A DNA stretch of 64,000 bases, taken from positions 62,001 to 126,000 of IMG/VR virus record IMGVR_UViG_3300042340_000379; one strand, 5' to 3'. Positions 19,800-28,818 of the stretch are shown piece by piece; the stretch's first letter is position 1; each line of letters begins with the position of its first letter. The translations under genes were made by a program, and so were the position numbers. The notes beneath the pieces are model-generated. The model was not told where the DNA came from. It did no database searches and worked only from the letters and a program-made list of their open reading frames with translations.

Positions 19800-20015
19800 A
19801 TGCATTCACTAGAAATTGATATCTATGATGATGGTATTGACATCGGTTTTGCTGGATACAGCACTGCCTGTGTACCTGAATCAGCAGTTGTGTATATTGA
19901 AATGCGCAATGGCATCCCTTTTGTTTTGATATGGGCTGACATTAATCAAGAAGATCCAACTCATACTATCTCTCTTGAAAATGCTAAAGAGAGCATGCGA
20001 AAAAAGAAAGACTAA
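19800..20015 (+). CDS. Hypothetical phage protein
   Basis: Compact ORF with WADINQEDPTH motif. Confidence 0.6.
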   Translation: MHSLEIDIYDDGIDIGFAGYSTACVPESAVVYIEMRNGIPFVLIWADINQEDPTHTISLENAKESMRKKKD

Positions 20016-20039
20016 CTTCTAGTTGCCCACTTAACCCCC

Positions 20040-20071
20040 AAACCTCCACACTAGAATTAGCGTGGGGGTTT
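20040..20071 (+). promoter_or_regulatory. Inverted repeat enclosing a -10-like TAGAAT
   Basis: AAACCTCCAC-ACTAGAATTAGC-GTGGGGGTTT, 6 nt before the GGDEF/EAL start codon. Confidence 0.4.
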
Positions 20072-20077
20072 AACTAT

Positions 20078-21697
20078 ATGCCAGACACATCTTGGGACGC
20101 TATCTTCAACGCGACTCATACCATTCTTATTTCAGAATCAGGGAGAATCACCAAAAGCTCTCAAGGATTCGCTAATCTTCTAGGCTACACTCAATCAGCC
20201 TTAGAAGAAATGAACTATCGCAACATTGTCCATCTTGCTGATCGCGATCAAGATGAAGCTTTGTTTAAGGATCTTTTTAACGGAAACCAAACTCATTTTA
20301 ATTCCGAAGAGCGCTACATCCATAAAGAGGGATATACCATTTGGGTTCATATCATTAGCACTCTCTATGTTGAAGATGGGGCTAGGTTTATTGTAACTGT
20401 CCATGACATCACTACTCAAAAAGAGAAAGAGCTGTGTGTAGAACATTTATCTACACACGATGGTTTAACAAATCTCTACAACCGAGCCTTTTTCACAGAA
20501 TCCCTAAAGCAGACAATTGTAAAATGCTCGCGCTATTCTTGTGAAGACTATCTGTTCTACCTAGATATCAACACGTTTAAGCAAATTAATGACGACTATG
20601 GCCAAGAGGTCGGTGACCTCTGCTTAAAAATTATTGCCTCTAGGTTAACAAGTATATTTAGAAATACAGATGAAATCTTTAGAGTGAGCGGCGATGAGTT
20701 TGCCATCATTGTTCATAACGTCCAGAGTGAAGAAGCGCTTACGTACCTAATCTCAAGAATACAAAAAGAGCTTGATAAACCCATTCTCTCTGTAGCCAAC
20801 AACTTAACTGTTTCAATAACTCTGTCTCTCAGTCTGGGTGTGTGCAAACTAACTCATATATCCTCTCCATCAGATGCTCTCGCCATTGTTCAAAGATCTC
20901 TTCAGAAATCTAAAGCTGCGGAAGGGCAAACTATAGAGTGGGCATCATCTAAAGAAATCTATGAAGAGATAGAACTTGAACGGGAGATCCGTCAAGCAAT
21001 CCTCAAAGAAGACTTTGTTGTTTATTATCAGCCAATCAGAAATCTAAGTGACATGTCTCTCGCGGGGCATGAAGCGCTGCTCAGATGGCCTAAGAAAAAC
21101 ATATCCCCGATTACTATCTTAGAGATAGCCGAAAAGCTCAATCTAGTAGAACAACTTGAATGGAACTTATTTAAAAAGATTTTGAAGGTTGCTTCTTCTG
21201 AAGGGCTAGCCAAAAGATGGATTTCTGTTAATCTAAATTCACTGCTGCACGCTAAAAACTTTCGGGCAGAACTTACCCAACTTCTAAAAGACTACGATGT
21301 AAATCGAGACAGTATTGCGTTCGAGGTTATTGAAACTATCCGGCATAGCGACCCGGTTGTGCGCCTTTTAATAGACATTCAAAATGACGGCCACTCTCTT
21401 AAGCTAGATGACTTTGCACGCGATTATGCCTCGTTTGTATGGTTAAAGACACTCCCTCTAGATAGCGTAAAAATTGACCGTGAGTTTATCCACGGTATTG
21501 CTAAGGATAAACACAAAAAGCTGCAAGCTATCACCAGCGCTATGATTGATGTCTGCCACTCTCTTGGAATAAAGGTTGTCGCGGAAGGAATTCAAAGAGC
21601 TGATGATCTTGAGTGGCTAAAGCTAGCGGGCTGCGATCAAGGGCAGGGATTTCACCCATCTTTAGGAATACCTAGTAAAGATTTGCAGAAAAGATAG
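20078..21697 (+). CDS. PAS-GGDEF-EAL c-di-GMP cyclase/phosphodiesterase
   Basis: PAS (HKEG..IWV...HDIT), D.LT.LYNR, FKQIND.YG..GD, RNTD I-site, SGDEF, YQPI, EALLRW, DDF, KID, AEG. Confidence 0.92.
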   Translation: MPDTSWDAIFNATHTILISESGRITKSSQGFANLLGYTQSALEEMNYRNIVHLADRDQDEALFKDLFNGNQTHFNSEERYIHKEGYTIWVHIISTLYVEDGARFIVTVHDITTQKEKELCVEHLSTHDGLTNLYNRAFFTESLKQTIVKCSRYSCEDYLFYLDINTFKQINDDYGQEVGDLCLKIIASRLTSIFRNTDEIFRVSGDEFAIIVHNVQSEEALTYLISRIQKELDKPILSVANNLTVSITLSLSLGVCKLTHISSPSDALAIVQRSLQKSKAAEGQTIEWASSKEIYEEIELEREIRQAILKEDFVVYYQPIRNLSDMSLAGHEALLRWPKKNISPITILEIAEKLNLVEQLEWNLFKKILKVASSEGLAKRWISVNLNSLLHAKNFRAELTQLLKDYDVNRDSIAFEVIETIRHSDPVVRLLIDIQNDGHSLKLDDFARDYASFVWLKTLPLDSVKIDREFIHGIAKDKHKKLQAITSAMIDVCHSLGIKVVAEGIQRADDLEWLKLAGCDQGQGFHPSLGIPSKDLQKR

Positions 21698-21734
21698 AAG
21701 CTGTTAGTATAAAAGTAATTAATAGCTTGAGTTT

Positions 21735-22115
21735 ATGGTTGCTCTTAGAAATGCTCCTCCTTTCCGCCAGTCGTCTACACCACGTCCTGCCTACAAAACA
21801 TACTCCCCAACGGCTCGCCTCCAACCTCGGCAGATGGCCCCAAGGAAACAGCAAAACTTGCTGATTTATTCCCTTGTCTGGGGATTTGCTTTTTACCTAG
21901 TGACATCCACCGCATATAGCCTAGCTCTTGGCAAACTCGAGCCTATCTACTTTATGGGATTGATAGCCGTGGCGCTAATTATGGTAATCAACGCATTTGG
22001 GGAGCAGCTTGGCTTGTCGTTATGGTTTAGAATATTAGCTAGCTTCGCGATGGGCTGGCTGATTCCGACCTTTATGAGCGGGCTTTACTTTTTTCAAAAC
22101 CACATCGCGATGTAA
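21735..22115 (+). CDS. Three-TM membrane protein
   Basis: Basic N-terminus and three hydrophobic helices. Confidence 0.6.
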   Translation: MVALRNAPPFRQSSTPRPAYKTYSPTARLQPRQMAPRKQQNLLIYSLVWGFAFYLVTSTAYSLALGKLEPIYFMGLIAVALIMVINAFGEQLGLSLWFRILASFAMGWLIPTFMSGLYFFQNHIAM

Positions 22116-22143
22116 TCCTGTTAACTTTGTATAGTACAAAAAC

Positions 22144-23037
22144 ATGACCCGACCCTTAGATCAAATCGTGGCCGCTGTTCAGGCCGAGCAGTCGATCACC
22201 TGGCACGAATTCTGTCTCGCCGCTAACCGCACCGCCAGCAAAGAGAAATTCCCTTCTGGGTATCCCGCTGACCTTGCTGTCAGCGTTATGGGGCAGTTTA
22301 CCTATATTGGCCAAGAGCTAGATAAACTCAAAAAGGCATTGTTCTATGGAAAGAGTATGCCAGAACTTGTCGCAGCGCATCGCGTAACTATTGGAGAATC
22401 AGACCAGTACTCAGGCGAAGACTGGCCTGATAATATCTCACCTGACATTATTCACTGGATTTTGGGTGAGGCCACTGAGTCTGTTGAGCTAGTTGAAGCA
22501 CTAATCAAAGGGATGGTTGATGGTGAATCCCTTGATGCCATCAATCTTATGGAAGAAGAGGGTGACGGGCACTGGTACCGCGCTCTTCCTTACATTCACG
22601 CATTGGAAACAAAAGGCTTTGACCCAGAAGAACGCAAACAGCTAGTCTGGCGCAAAGTTCTCCTCAAGCTCATCACTCGCTACGGCGATAAGTTTAGCGC
22701 TACCGCTGCAATCGAACGGAATACTAACCTAGAGCGCGAAGTTCTAGAGGCGGGCATTGTTATGCCTAACGGAGAAATCAATTCCGCGATCGAGCAGCAA
22801 ATCATTCTCACCTCAGAACCTGATTTGGAAACTGCCCGCCAGGCACTCTCCGCTCTAGCTCGAGCAGAGCAGCAACTGCAAGACGCTCACACTGAGATCC
22901 TGACAGAAGCCGAGCAATACCTAAACATACTTTTGCTTCAGCATGTACTTCCCAGCACGATCGCTGAAATGGAAATGCCAGTTTTAATAAAGCAGCAAGT
23001 ACTAAAAATGGTACAAGCAGCCTCGACTACAAACTAA
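22144..23037 (+). CDS. MazG-like all-alpha NTP pyrophosphohydrolase with C-terminal extension
   Basis: KKALFYGK, GEATESVELVE, EEEGDGHWY, KL..RYGDKFS. Confidence 0.7.
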   Translation: MTRPLDQIVAAVQAEQSITWHEFCLAANRTASKEKFPSGYPADLAVSVMGQFTYIGQELDKLKKALFYGKSMPELVAAHRVTIGESDQYSGEDWPDNISPDIIHWILGEATESVELVEALIKGMVDGESLDAINLMEEEGDGHWYRALPYIHALETKGFDPEERKQLVWRKVLLKLITRYGDKFSATAAIERNTNLEREVLEAGIVMPNGEINSAIEQQIILTSEPDLETARQALSALARAEQQLQDAHTEILTEAEQYLNILLLQHVLPSTIAEMEMPVLIKQQVLKMVQAASTTN

Positions 23038-23102
23038 TTCGGGTAATAAGCTAAAATGGGCCTAGCTAGTAAACTAGGCCTTTGCCGTATCTGGAGATAA
23101 AA

Positions 23103-23309
23103 ATGTCAGATCAATCACAACCCGTACAACTCTCTTTGGAACAACAGTTTAGTCTGCGATCGTTTGAAGCTCAAGTTAACCGCATGAATCTTGAGCAGGC
23201 CCAGCAGTTTCTAGTCATGCTCTACGAGCAGATGATGTACAGAGAAAATACGTATAAGTCCTTAATCAAATCAGATCTACTAGGCATAAGCCGACCAATG
23301 TACCCATGA
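23103..23309 (+). CDS. nblA: Phycobilisome degradation protein NblA
   Basis: LSLEQQFSLRSFEAQVNRMNLEQAQQFLVMLYEQMMYREN.YK.L; GGAG RBS before ATG 23103. Confidence 0.95.
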   Translation: MSDQSQPVQLSLEQQFSLRSFEAQVNRMNLEQAQQFLVMLYEQMMYRENTYKSLIKSDLLGISRPMYP

Positions 23310-23548
23310 AACAAACAGGCACATTACTTAAAGACAAAGGAATCTTATTTCTTGTTACGGAAGAAGGCAAGTTCAAGATCAACTCTATGGACGCGCCCAA
23401 GTTTGAAAGATATCCTGACGGAACGCCAATGGAAGGAAATATCAGGAACGATTATCCTCCTGACCAACTAGTCAAACTTAAATGGGACTATCAGGGCACC
23501 GTGCATCCAAGCCACATTCGAGTCATCAAACAAGCCGTCGCTCAATAA
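23306..23548 (+). CDS. Hypothetical protein
   Basis: ATGA-coupled to nblA. Confidence 0.6.
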   Translation: MKQTGTLLKDKGILFLVTEEGKFKINSMDAPKFERYPDGTPMEGNIRNDYPPDQLVKLKWDYQGTVHPSHIRVIKQAVAQ

Positions 23549-23554
23549 GCTATC

Positions 23555-23752
23555 ATGACGTTAAAAGTCAAATGAGTTCGTTCAAGCGCAAACGGAACTC
23601 TAATTCCCTACTATCAGGAAAAAGTTGGTGACTTATGGTCAAAATATACCAGCCACCCTCAACGTAAACCAGACATTCCCGGCCACTCCCTAGGAATGGA
23701 AACGTTTAAACATTTGTTAAGTCTTGGGGCCGAGGTAGTTAAAGATGGCTAG
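23555..23752 (+). pseudogene. Small gene with an in-frame TGA at codon 7
   Basis: MTLKVK*VRSSANGTLIPYYQEKVGDLWSKYTSHPQRKPDIPGHSLGMETFKHLLSLGAEVVKDG; fills the gap and overlaps the next ATG by 8 nt. Confidence 0.55.
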
Positions 23753-23945
23753 ATCTAAAACAATTCGCCCGGTTGGATTTAAGCTGACCTTTCACGCGGG
23801 CCAGTGGTACGGCTTCAACTGGAAGGGCGGATTGTTTGTCGGCCTTGTTGGTATTTCATTAACAAGAGAAAATGCTCTATCAAAATCTAAGAGTAGCCTC
23901 CGCCGTTCTAACAACGATGGGCTTTGCTTTCGGCCTAAGCGATAG
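23745..23945 (+). CDS. Hypothetical protein
   Basis: Short ORF; overlap with the next ORF lowers certainty. Confidence 0.4.
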   Translation: MARSKTIRPVGFKLTFHAGQWYGFNWKGGLFVGLVGISLTRENALSKSKSSLRRSNNDGLCFRPKR

Positions 23946-24126
23946 AATTAGCGCTTATAATCAAAGTCGAGACCCGGTAGAGTTCTCGTTAATATTCATC
24001 GCGCTCGCTTTCGCTGTGAACATTTCGATTAACTATCCTTGGGAACGATTTCAATCTACTTATAAACTCATTACACAATTATGTCTGACAAAGAAACTCG
24101 ATACGAACATTCGTCCTACGGATTAA
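23872..24126 (+). CDS. Small membrane protein
   Basis: Two hydrophobic segments. Confidence 0.45.
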   Translation: MLYQNLRVASAVLTTMGFAFGLSDRISAYNQSRDPVEFSLIFIALAFAVNISINYPWERFQSTYKLITQLCLTKKLDTNIRPTD

Positions 24127-24794
24127 TTAGCTTCAGCCGGTTTAATGGCGTAACCAACTTCTTTGGCGTCGAGCCCACCCTCAGTGGTGGGATTTCAATG
24201 ACTATCCACGCCGCTGAAGTTAACCATGACCTAAACCGTGATTGGTATTTTGGAAGATCGCGGCTTGTTGAAATTGAGATGAGCGCTCATCAATTTGCTG
24301 AACTCATCACAAATATGAATCGCGGGCCGGGTATTCCCTGCACAATCAAGCACATCGCGGGGCATGACATAGAAAAGTATGTCCCAATGCCTACCGTTAG
24401 AGAAAAGTTTGACGAAAATTTAACGGATAGTCTTTCTGAGCTTGAACGTAGGGCCGCAGCTCTTCATCAAGAAATTGCCGACCTCAAAAATGATAAAGGT
24501 AAAGCCGGTAAAAAAGATCTGGAAGTTCTTACTGGAAAAGCAGAGATGTTACTCAGGCAAATTAAGAGCAACCTGCCCTTCCTGACGCAATCGTTCTCAG
24601 AACAGCTGGACAACCAAGTGCTTAAAGCAAAGGTTGAGTTTACAGCCTATGTTGATAGTCAAGTCTACGCTCATGGGCTTGACGCCCTGGGAATTCAAGC
24701 AACCCTACCCGCCGCTGAAGAAAGTCCCGAGCAGGTTGACACTCCCCGACCTGAAGGTGCGGGGATTCTTGGTTCACTGACCGGACTTAACTAA
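24081..24794 (+). CDS. Hypothetical phage protein; C-terminus replaced by IS sequence
   Basis: Removing the element at 24736-26058 restores ...ESPEQDKLEG-stop. Confidence 0.75.
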   Translation: MSDKETRYEHSSYGLISFSRFNGVTNFFGVEPTLSGGISMTIHAAEVNHDLNRDWYFGRSRLVEIEMSAHQFAELITNMNRGPGIPCTIKHIAGHDIEKYVPMPTVREKFDENLTDSLSELERRAAALHQEIADLKNDKGKAGKKDLEVLTGKAEMLLRQIKSNLPFLTQSFSEQLDNQVLKAKVEFTAYVDSQVYAHGLDALGIQATLPAAEESPEQVDTPRPEGAGILGSLTGLN

Positions 24795-24890
24795 GCAGGA
24801 TTTCTCCAACTTAGTCAGAGGCTCAATCTCCCCAAGCGTTATAGTTTGGATCTGCCCGACCCTACTTAATCCAAGTTTCAGGATGTTAAT
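24716..24890 (-). ncRNA. Predicted omegaRNA of element 1 (5' end approximate)
   Basis: Established TnpB architecture: scaffold overlaps the tnpB 3' end and right end; guide is the flank CCTGCTCGGGACTTTC.... Confidence 0.5.
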
Positions 24891-26058
24891 GGCTGCATTT
24901 ACGTCTCTATCTTCCATGTAGCCACAGTTAGGGCAAACGTGGGTTCTGACAGAGAGTGCTTTCTTAACTCTTGTTCCACAGTTAGAGCAATCTTGACTGG
25001 TATAGTGTGCGGGAACGGCGACAGCAATCTTTCCGTACTTACCAGCAAAATATTCTAACCATTTACGAAACGTTGACCATCCTGAATCACTAATCGACTT
25101 AGCTAGGTGGCGATTCTTAACCAACCCTTTCACATTCAAGTCTTCATAGGCGATCAAATCGTTAGATTGAACTAAACGCAGTGCCTTATTTTTAAGCCAC
25201 TCAACACGCTGCCTACTTACTCTTAAATGATTTAGGACGTACCGCTTTCTAGCTTTCTGATAGTTCTTGGATTGAGGTTTAGATCCTTTACGGAATTTCT
25301 TAGACTTTCTACGGTTGGCTCTATTCAACTGCTCCTCAGATTTGCGGTAAAACTTGGGGGATTCTACAAACTCGCCATTGCTAGTGGCGAAGAAGTATTT
25401 AATCCCTAAGTCAATCCCGACCGTGTTGTGGGTAGGCTCCGACTCTACTGTGCTGTCTGCCTGAATGCAGAATTGAACGTAGTAACCGTCAGCCCGCTTA
25501 ACCAAACGAACACGCTTGATCTGACTTTCATTATAGAAAGATAGATCATAGGTGCCAATTAAGCGTAACTCCCCAATATCAAAACCATCGGTAAACTTAA
25601 TCCGTTTTGGCTCAAGTAACTTCCATCCAGAGGTTTTGTATTCTACTGAACGTCCATTCTTTTTGAACTTAGGGAATCCTTTCTTACCCTTGGTTTTCTT
25701 TTTGCAGTTGTCATAGAACCGACTGATTGAACTCCAAGCCCTCTCAGCCGAAGCTTGCCGAGCCATAGAGTTGAGTTTTTTAGCAAACGGAAATTCCTCA
25801 GCTAACTCCTTGCAGAGTTTGTTGAGATCATATTTTCCTACTTTCTCATTATCCATCCAGTAACGAAGCGCTTTATTCCTCACGAATTGACTCGTGCGAA
25901 TGGCTTCGTCAATAGCTGACGATTGAGAAGGTTTTGTCCGTGCTTTGAACTCTAGTACAATCATATTCTTATGCTAACAGCTTCAGCATAAAATGACAAC
26001 AAAATAGCTAATTAACTAAGCCGTCCTAGAAGGACGGGGTTTTAGACCCAGTTTTTTG
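24736..26058 (-). mobile_element. Non-autonomous IS200/IS605-family element 1 (tnpB only)
   Basis: Left end TTAT|CAAAAAACTGGGTCTAAAA plus hairpin; right end GAAT-hairpin-TCAA; the empty site restores the interrupted gene. Confidence 0.88.
24774..25964 (-). CDS. tnpB: RNA-guided endonuclease TnpB
   Basis: RuvC GIDLG, YEDL, DRDVNAA and Zn finger CSNC...CPNC all intact. Confidence 0.95.
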   Translation of the reverse strand: MIVLEFKARTKPSQSSAIDEAIRTSQFVRNKALRYWMDNEKVGKYDLNKLCKELAEEFPFAKKLNSMARQASAERAWSSISRFYDNCKKKTKGKKGFPKFKKNGRSVEYKTSGWKLLEPKRIKFTDGFDIGELRLIGTYDLSFYNESQIKRVRLVKRADGYYVQFCIQADSTVESEPTHNTVGIDLGIKYFFATSNGEFVESPKFYRKSEEQLNRANRRKSKKFRKGSKPQSKNYQKARKRYVLNHLRVSRQRVEWLKNKALRLVQSNDLIAYEDLNVKGLVKNRHLAKSISDSGWSTFRKWLEYFAGKYGKIAVAVPAHYTSQDCSNCGTRVKKALSVRTHVCPNCGYMEDRDVNAAINILKLGLSRVGQIQTITLGEIEPLTKLEKSCLVKSGQ

Positions 26059-26091
26059 ATAAACTAGAAGGGTAGCATTCCACGCTCTTCT

Positions 26092-26313
26092 ATGTATGAC
26101 ATCTTGTTCAACTGGAAATCAGGAACCGTTAGATACAGACTCACAGAGCTTGTATTAGTTCCTGTTTCTGTTCTAGCGTGCGCTTTTATGGCGGGCTTAG
26201 TATTCTTTCTTGTCTATAAGCTAATTGGGCTTATCCTCAGCCTTTTTCTGGTCAGCCCAATTAGTCTCGCCATTATTATCTTCGGAGGAATTGTATGGAA
26301 AAAGACGGTGTAG
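26092..26313 (+). CDS. Small membrane protein
   Basis: Long hydrophobic stretch. Confidence 0.55.
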   Translation: MYDILFNWKSGTVRYRLTELVLVPVSVLACAFMAGLVFFLVYKLIGLILSLFLVSPISLAIIIFGGIVWKKTV

Positions 26314-26570
26314 AAAAATATCCGCTTGGAGTCCTGGTTAAAGAGAATTTTCAGTGGGTATTTCACGTTGAGAATTCAGAGAACTATTATCTGTATTTAG
26401 AACTTCGTAAGGGCAGCGATGACATTCGAGTGACTCGAGTATGCACTCTTCGCAATCATGCTGGAGATACGATTTTAGATATTGGGTTTTATACATCCGA
26501 GAAATTCATTGAGTTATGTGAGCGGAATTGCTCAGGAAAACTTTTAGAAGGAGTCGAATTTTTCGGCTAA
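26295..26570 (+). CDS. Hypothetical protein
   Basis: GGAGG RBS before the ATG. Confidence 0.6.
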   Translation: MEKDGVEKYPLGVLVKENFQWVFHVENSENYYLYLELRKGSDDIRVTRVCTLRNHAGDTILDIGFYTSEKFIELCERNCSGKLLEGVEFFG

Positions 26571-26747
26571 GCAAACCCTACCTACTTACCCATGTCCCTA
26601 CTTAATCAAAACTCCATGACAAACTACTGGTGGGACTGCCCCTCTTGTGGAACCACCAAAATCTCTTCTGTGCTTCACTCAGAAAATGGGGAGATTTTAG
26701 GAGCCACAATGTGCTGCCCCGAATGTTCTTACTTGATACTCCCCGCC

Positions 26748-28009
26748 CTAAAGAGACGTGGATTCTTGAGCAATCCAAATTTGGATTCTCAAAGGCGCAA
26801 TCAAAGCACCCCTACTGACTCCATCGAGGTTGACCCTCAACTTTGCCGCTACTTTTCTCAGGATATTCGCCGCGCCATTGCAGTCAGCGTTGATCTTGAT
26901 GCCATCTTTAGATCGATACAGACCACGCTTAACCCGCTTACCAGACTCTTGCCACCCTTCGGGTTTTGCACCGAATGTAGGTAGTTCATCTTGGTCGATA
27001 AAGCTGGCTTTACTAGCGTAGCTTTCCTCAGTCTCGACAAAAACGATCCCGTACTGCTCACATAATTGAGCGATCCGATCCTTTAGTCGGCCTGTTGGGA
27101 TCTGGACAAACTTTTGATTTGTCTTGCTACCCAGGTTGATTCCTTGGCGCTGCCCCTGGTTCCAACCAAAAACAACAGAGCCGATCCTTTTCTCAATGCA
27201 ATGGTTGATCACAATCCGGGCTGTTTTATTTACAGCATCCCTAACTTGACGGTTTCTCTTCTCAGTAATCCCGGCTAGCTGCTTAGACCAAAAACCCTGT
27301 GGTTGATTTTCCTTAAGGATCGAAACCCTTTTGTTATACCACTGGTTCAAAGACTTTAAGTGCAGGCCATCCACAAAAAAGGACGTGCCCACATTGCTGA
27401 CACAAGTGATCCAGTTATTCAGACCTGGGTCAATCCCCAGCACGTTAGCGGGGTCTACGTCAGTCTTTACTGGCTCTACCTTATAGATCAATTCAAGGTA
27501 GAAAACACCATTCCTAGGCAAAATCCGATATTCCCGGATCGACTTAAAATCAAGGTTTGTGGGCATTGGCATATAGAAGGCGTCTAAGCCAAACCACGCT
27601 TTAACCTGACGACCCAGGGGGAACCGTAGACCTTCAGGCTTTAACTCAACGTCAGCCCCTGGGTAGGTGACTAAGTTTAACCCAGGCTTCCGGTAGTTTG
27701 GCAGCTTAGGCTTCTGAGAGACTGTCCCTTTTTCACGCCTTTTAGCAAACCGAAGAAGGACTTAAAAGACTCTGCTACTGTGGTCAAACATTGCTGGGAA
27801 ACGTGAGACTGCATCGCCTTAAAATGGGGGTTCCCTTTTAACTCACGGTGTAAATCAAACTTGGACGGAGCTTTACCTATCTTGAAGTAAAGTTGACGAG
27901 ACAAATAGGTACCACAGTTATGTAGCTTATTTGACTCCCCACAAAGAAACTCAAGGACTCCTTTTAGCTGGGGGTCTGGGTTGATTAAAACTTGCTGGCA
28001 TCCAAACAT
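26748..28009 (-). pseudogene. tnpB: TnpB split by a one-base frameshift near 27725-27733
   Basis: The frame changes at AAA AAG GGA; the -1 frame continues TVSQKPKLPNYRK...GIDPG...EESYAS...INADCNGAANI. Confidence 0.85.
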
Positions 28010-28067
28010 ATTGTTTTATTCCCTCCTATCTCTTATAATAGCATAGTGTTATTACTTTAGGGGCACA

Positions 28068-28220
28068 ATGCCAACAAAAAAACATCCTATCCCTGCTTAC
28101 CTAGATGATGCAGAATTTCAGATGCTAAGGAAGATCGCAGAAGACTGGGGCTGTAGCCTATCGGCAGCAATTAAGCGATTAATCCGGGAAGAAAGCCGTC
28201 CTGAAGGACGGGGCTTGTGA
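28068..28220 (+). CDS. Ribbon-helix-helix (CopG-like) protein inside element 2 (not in ORF track)
   Basis: MPTKKHPIPAYLDDAEFQMLRKIAEDWGCSLSAAIKRLIREE...; divergent from tnpB. Confidence 0.7.
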   Translation: MPTKKHPIPAYLDDAEFQMLRKIAEDWGCSLSAAIKRLIREESRPEGRGL

Positions 28221-28426
28221 CCCATTTATTTAGTGAGCTCACAATTCGGGAAGCTTTGAATATAGACAGGACTAAAGAAACATCAGCAGCCGTTGATAAA
28301 ATTCTCTCTCGCATAGTTGGAATGGGCACCTCTGTTGACACGCCCTTCCTCGAAATGCAAGAAGCAGATTATGATAAAGCCTGCTTAATAGCTGAGCATG
28401 TTCTAGAAGAAATGGAAATAAACTAA
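28217..28426 (+). CDS. Hypothetical protein (true start probably after the IS, e.g. TTG 28256)
   Basis: TAATG coupling to the next gene. Confidence 0.45.
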   Translation: MTHLFSELTIREALNIDRTKETSAAVDKILSRIVGMGTSVDTPFLEMQEADYDKACLIAEHVLEEMEIN

Positions 28427-28758
28427 TGAAACTCAATGATCCCAAGCGCACAACCTGGCCTTATGAGTATGCTTATGGCCTTAATCGCAAAGCTTGTACA
28501 GACCCAACCCAGTTTAGCCATCACTCATATGACCTTCATAGATTAAAAGATAACCCTCTAGAGGCTCAAGCACTTCAGAAGTGGATTGAGATTAACAAAC
28601 GCTCAGATATTCTCGCCTACCTTCTTTCAGACAAAGTAAATGAAGCTCAACATGACAGGCTAAGCCAGCGCGATCTAGAAGTCGCCGCCACGCTTATGCA
28701 ATGGCTTGGCAGTCCTGTTGGGCAAGGATTCTTGCGTGACGCAGGGCTCAAAGACTAA
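28426..28758 (+). CDS. Hypothetical phage protein
   Basis: VAATLMQWLGSPVGQGFL motif. Confidence 0.65.
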   Translation: MKLNDPKRTTWPYEYAYGLNRKACTDPTQFSHHSYDLHRLKDNPLEAQALQKWIEINKRSDILAYLLSDKVNEAQHDRLSQRDLEVAATLMQWLGSPVGQGFLRDAGLKD

Positions 28759-28775
28759 CAAAACGTCACATCTTC

Positions 28776-28811
28776 AAAAAAGCCACCTCTGATTTCTAGA
28801 GGTGGCTTTTT
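28776..28811. terminator. Bidirectional intrinsic terminator
   Basis: AAAAAAGCCACCTCT-GATTTCT-AGAGGTGGCTTTTT. Confidence 0.85.
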
Positions 28812-28818
28812 GCTAAAC

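Larger units (their letters stand above)
26733..28232 (-). mobile_element. Non-autonomous IS200/IS605-family element 2 (frameshifted tnpB plus divergent RHH gene)
   Basis: Left end TCAC|TAAATAAATGGGTCACAAG plus hairpin; right end GAAT-hairpin-TCAA. Confidence 0.85.
26592..28259 (+). pseudogene. Small Zn-ribbon gene interrupted by IS element 2
   Basis: Joining 26592-26732 to 28233-28259 gives ...CPSC...CCPECSY|VSSQFGKL-stop. Confidence 0.65.
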
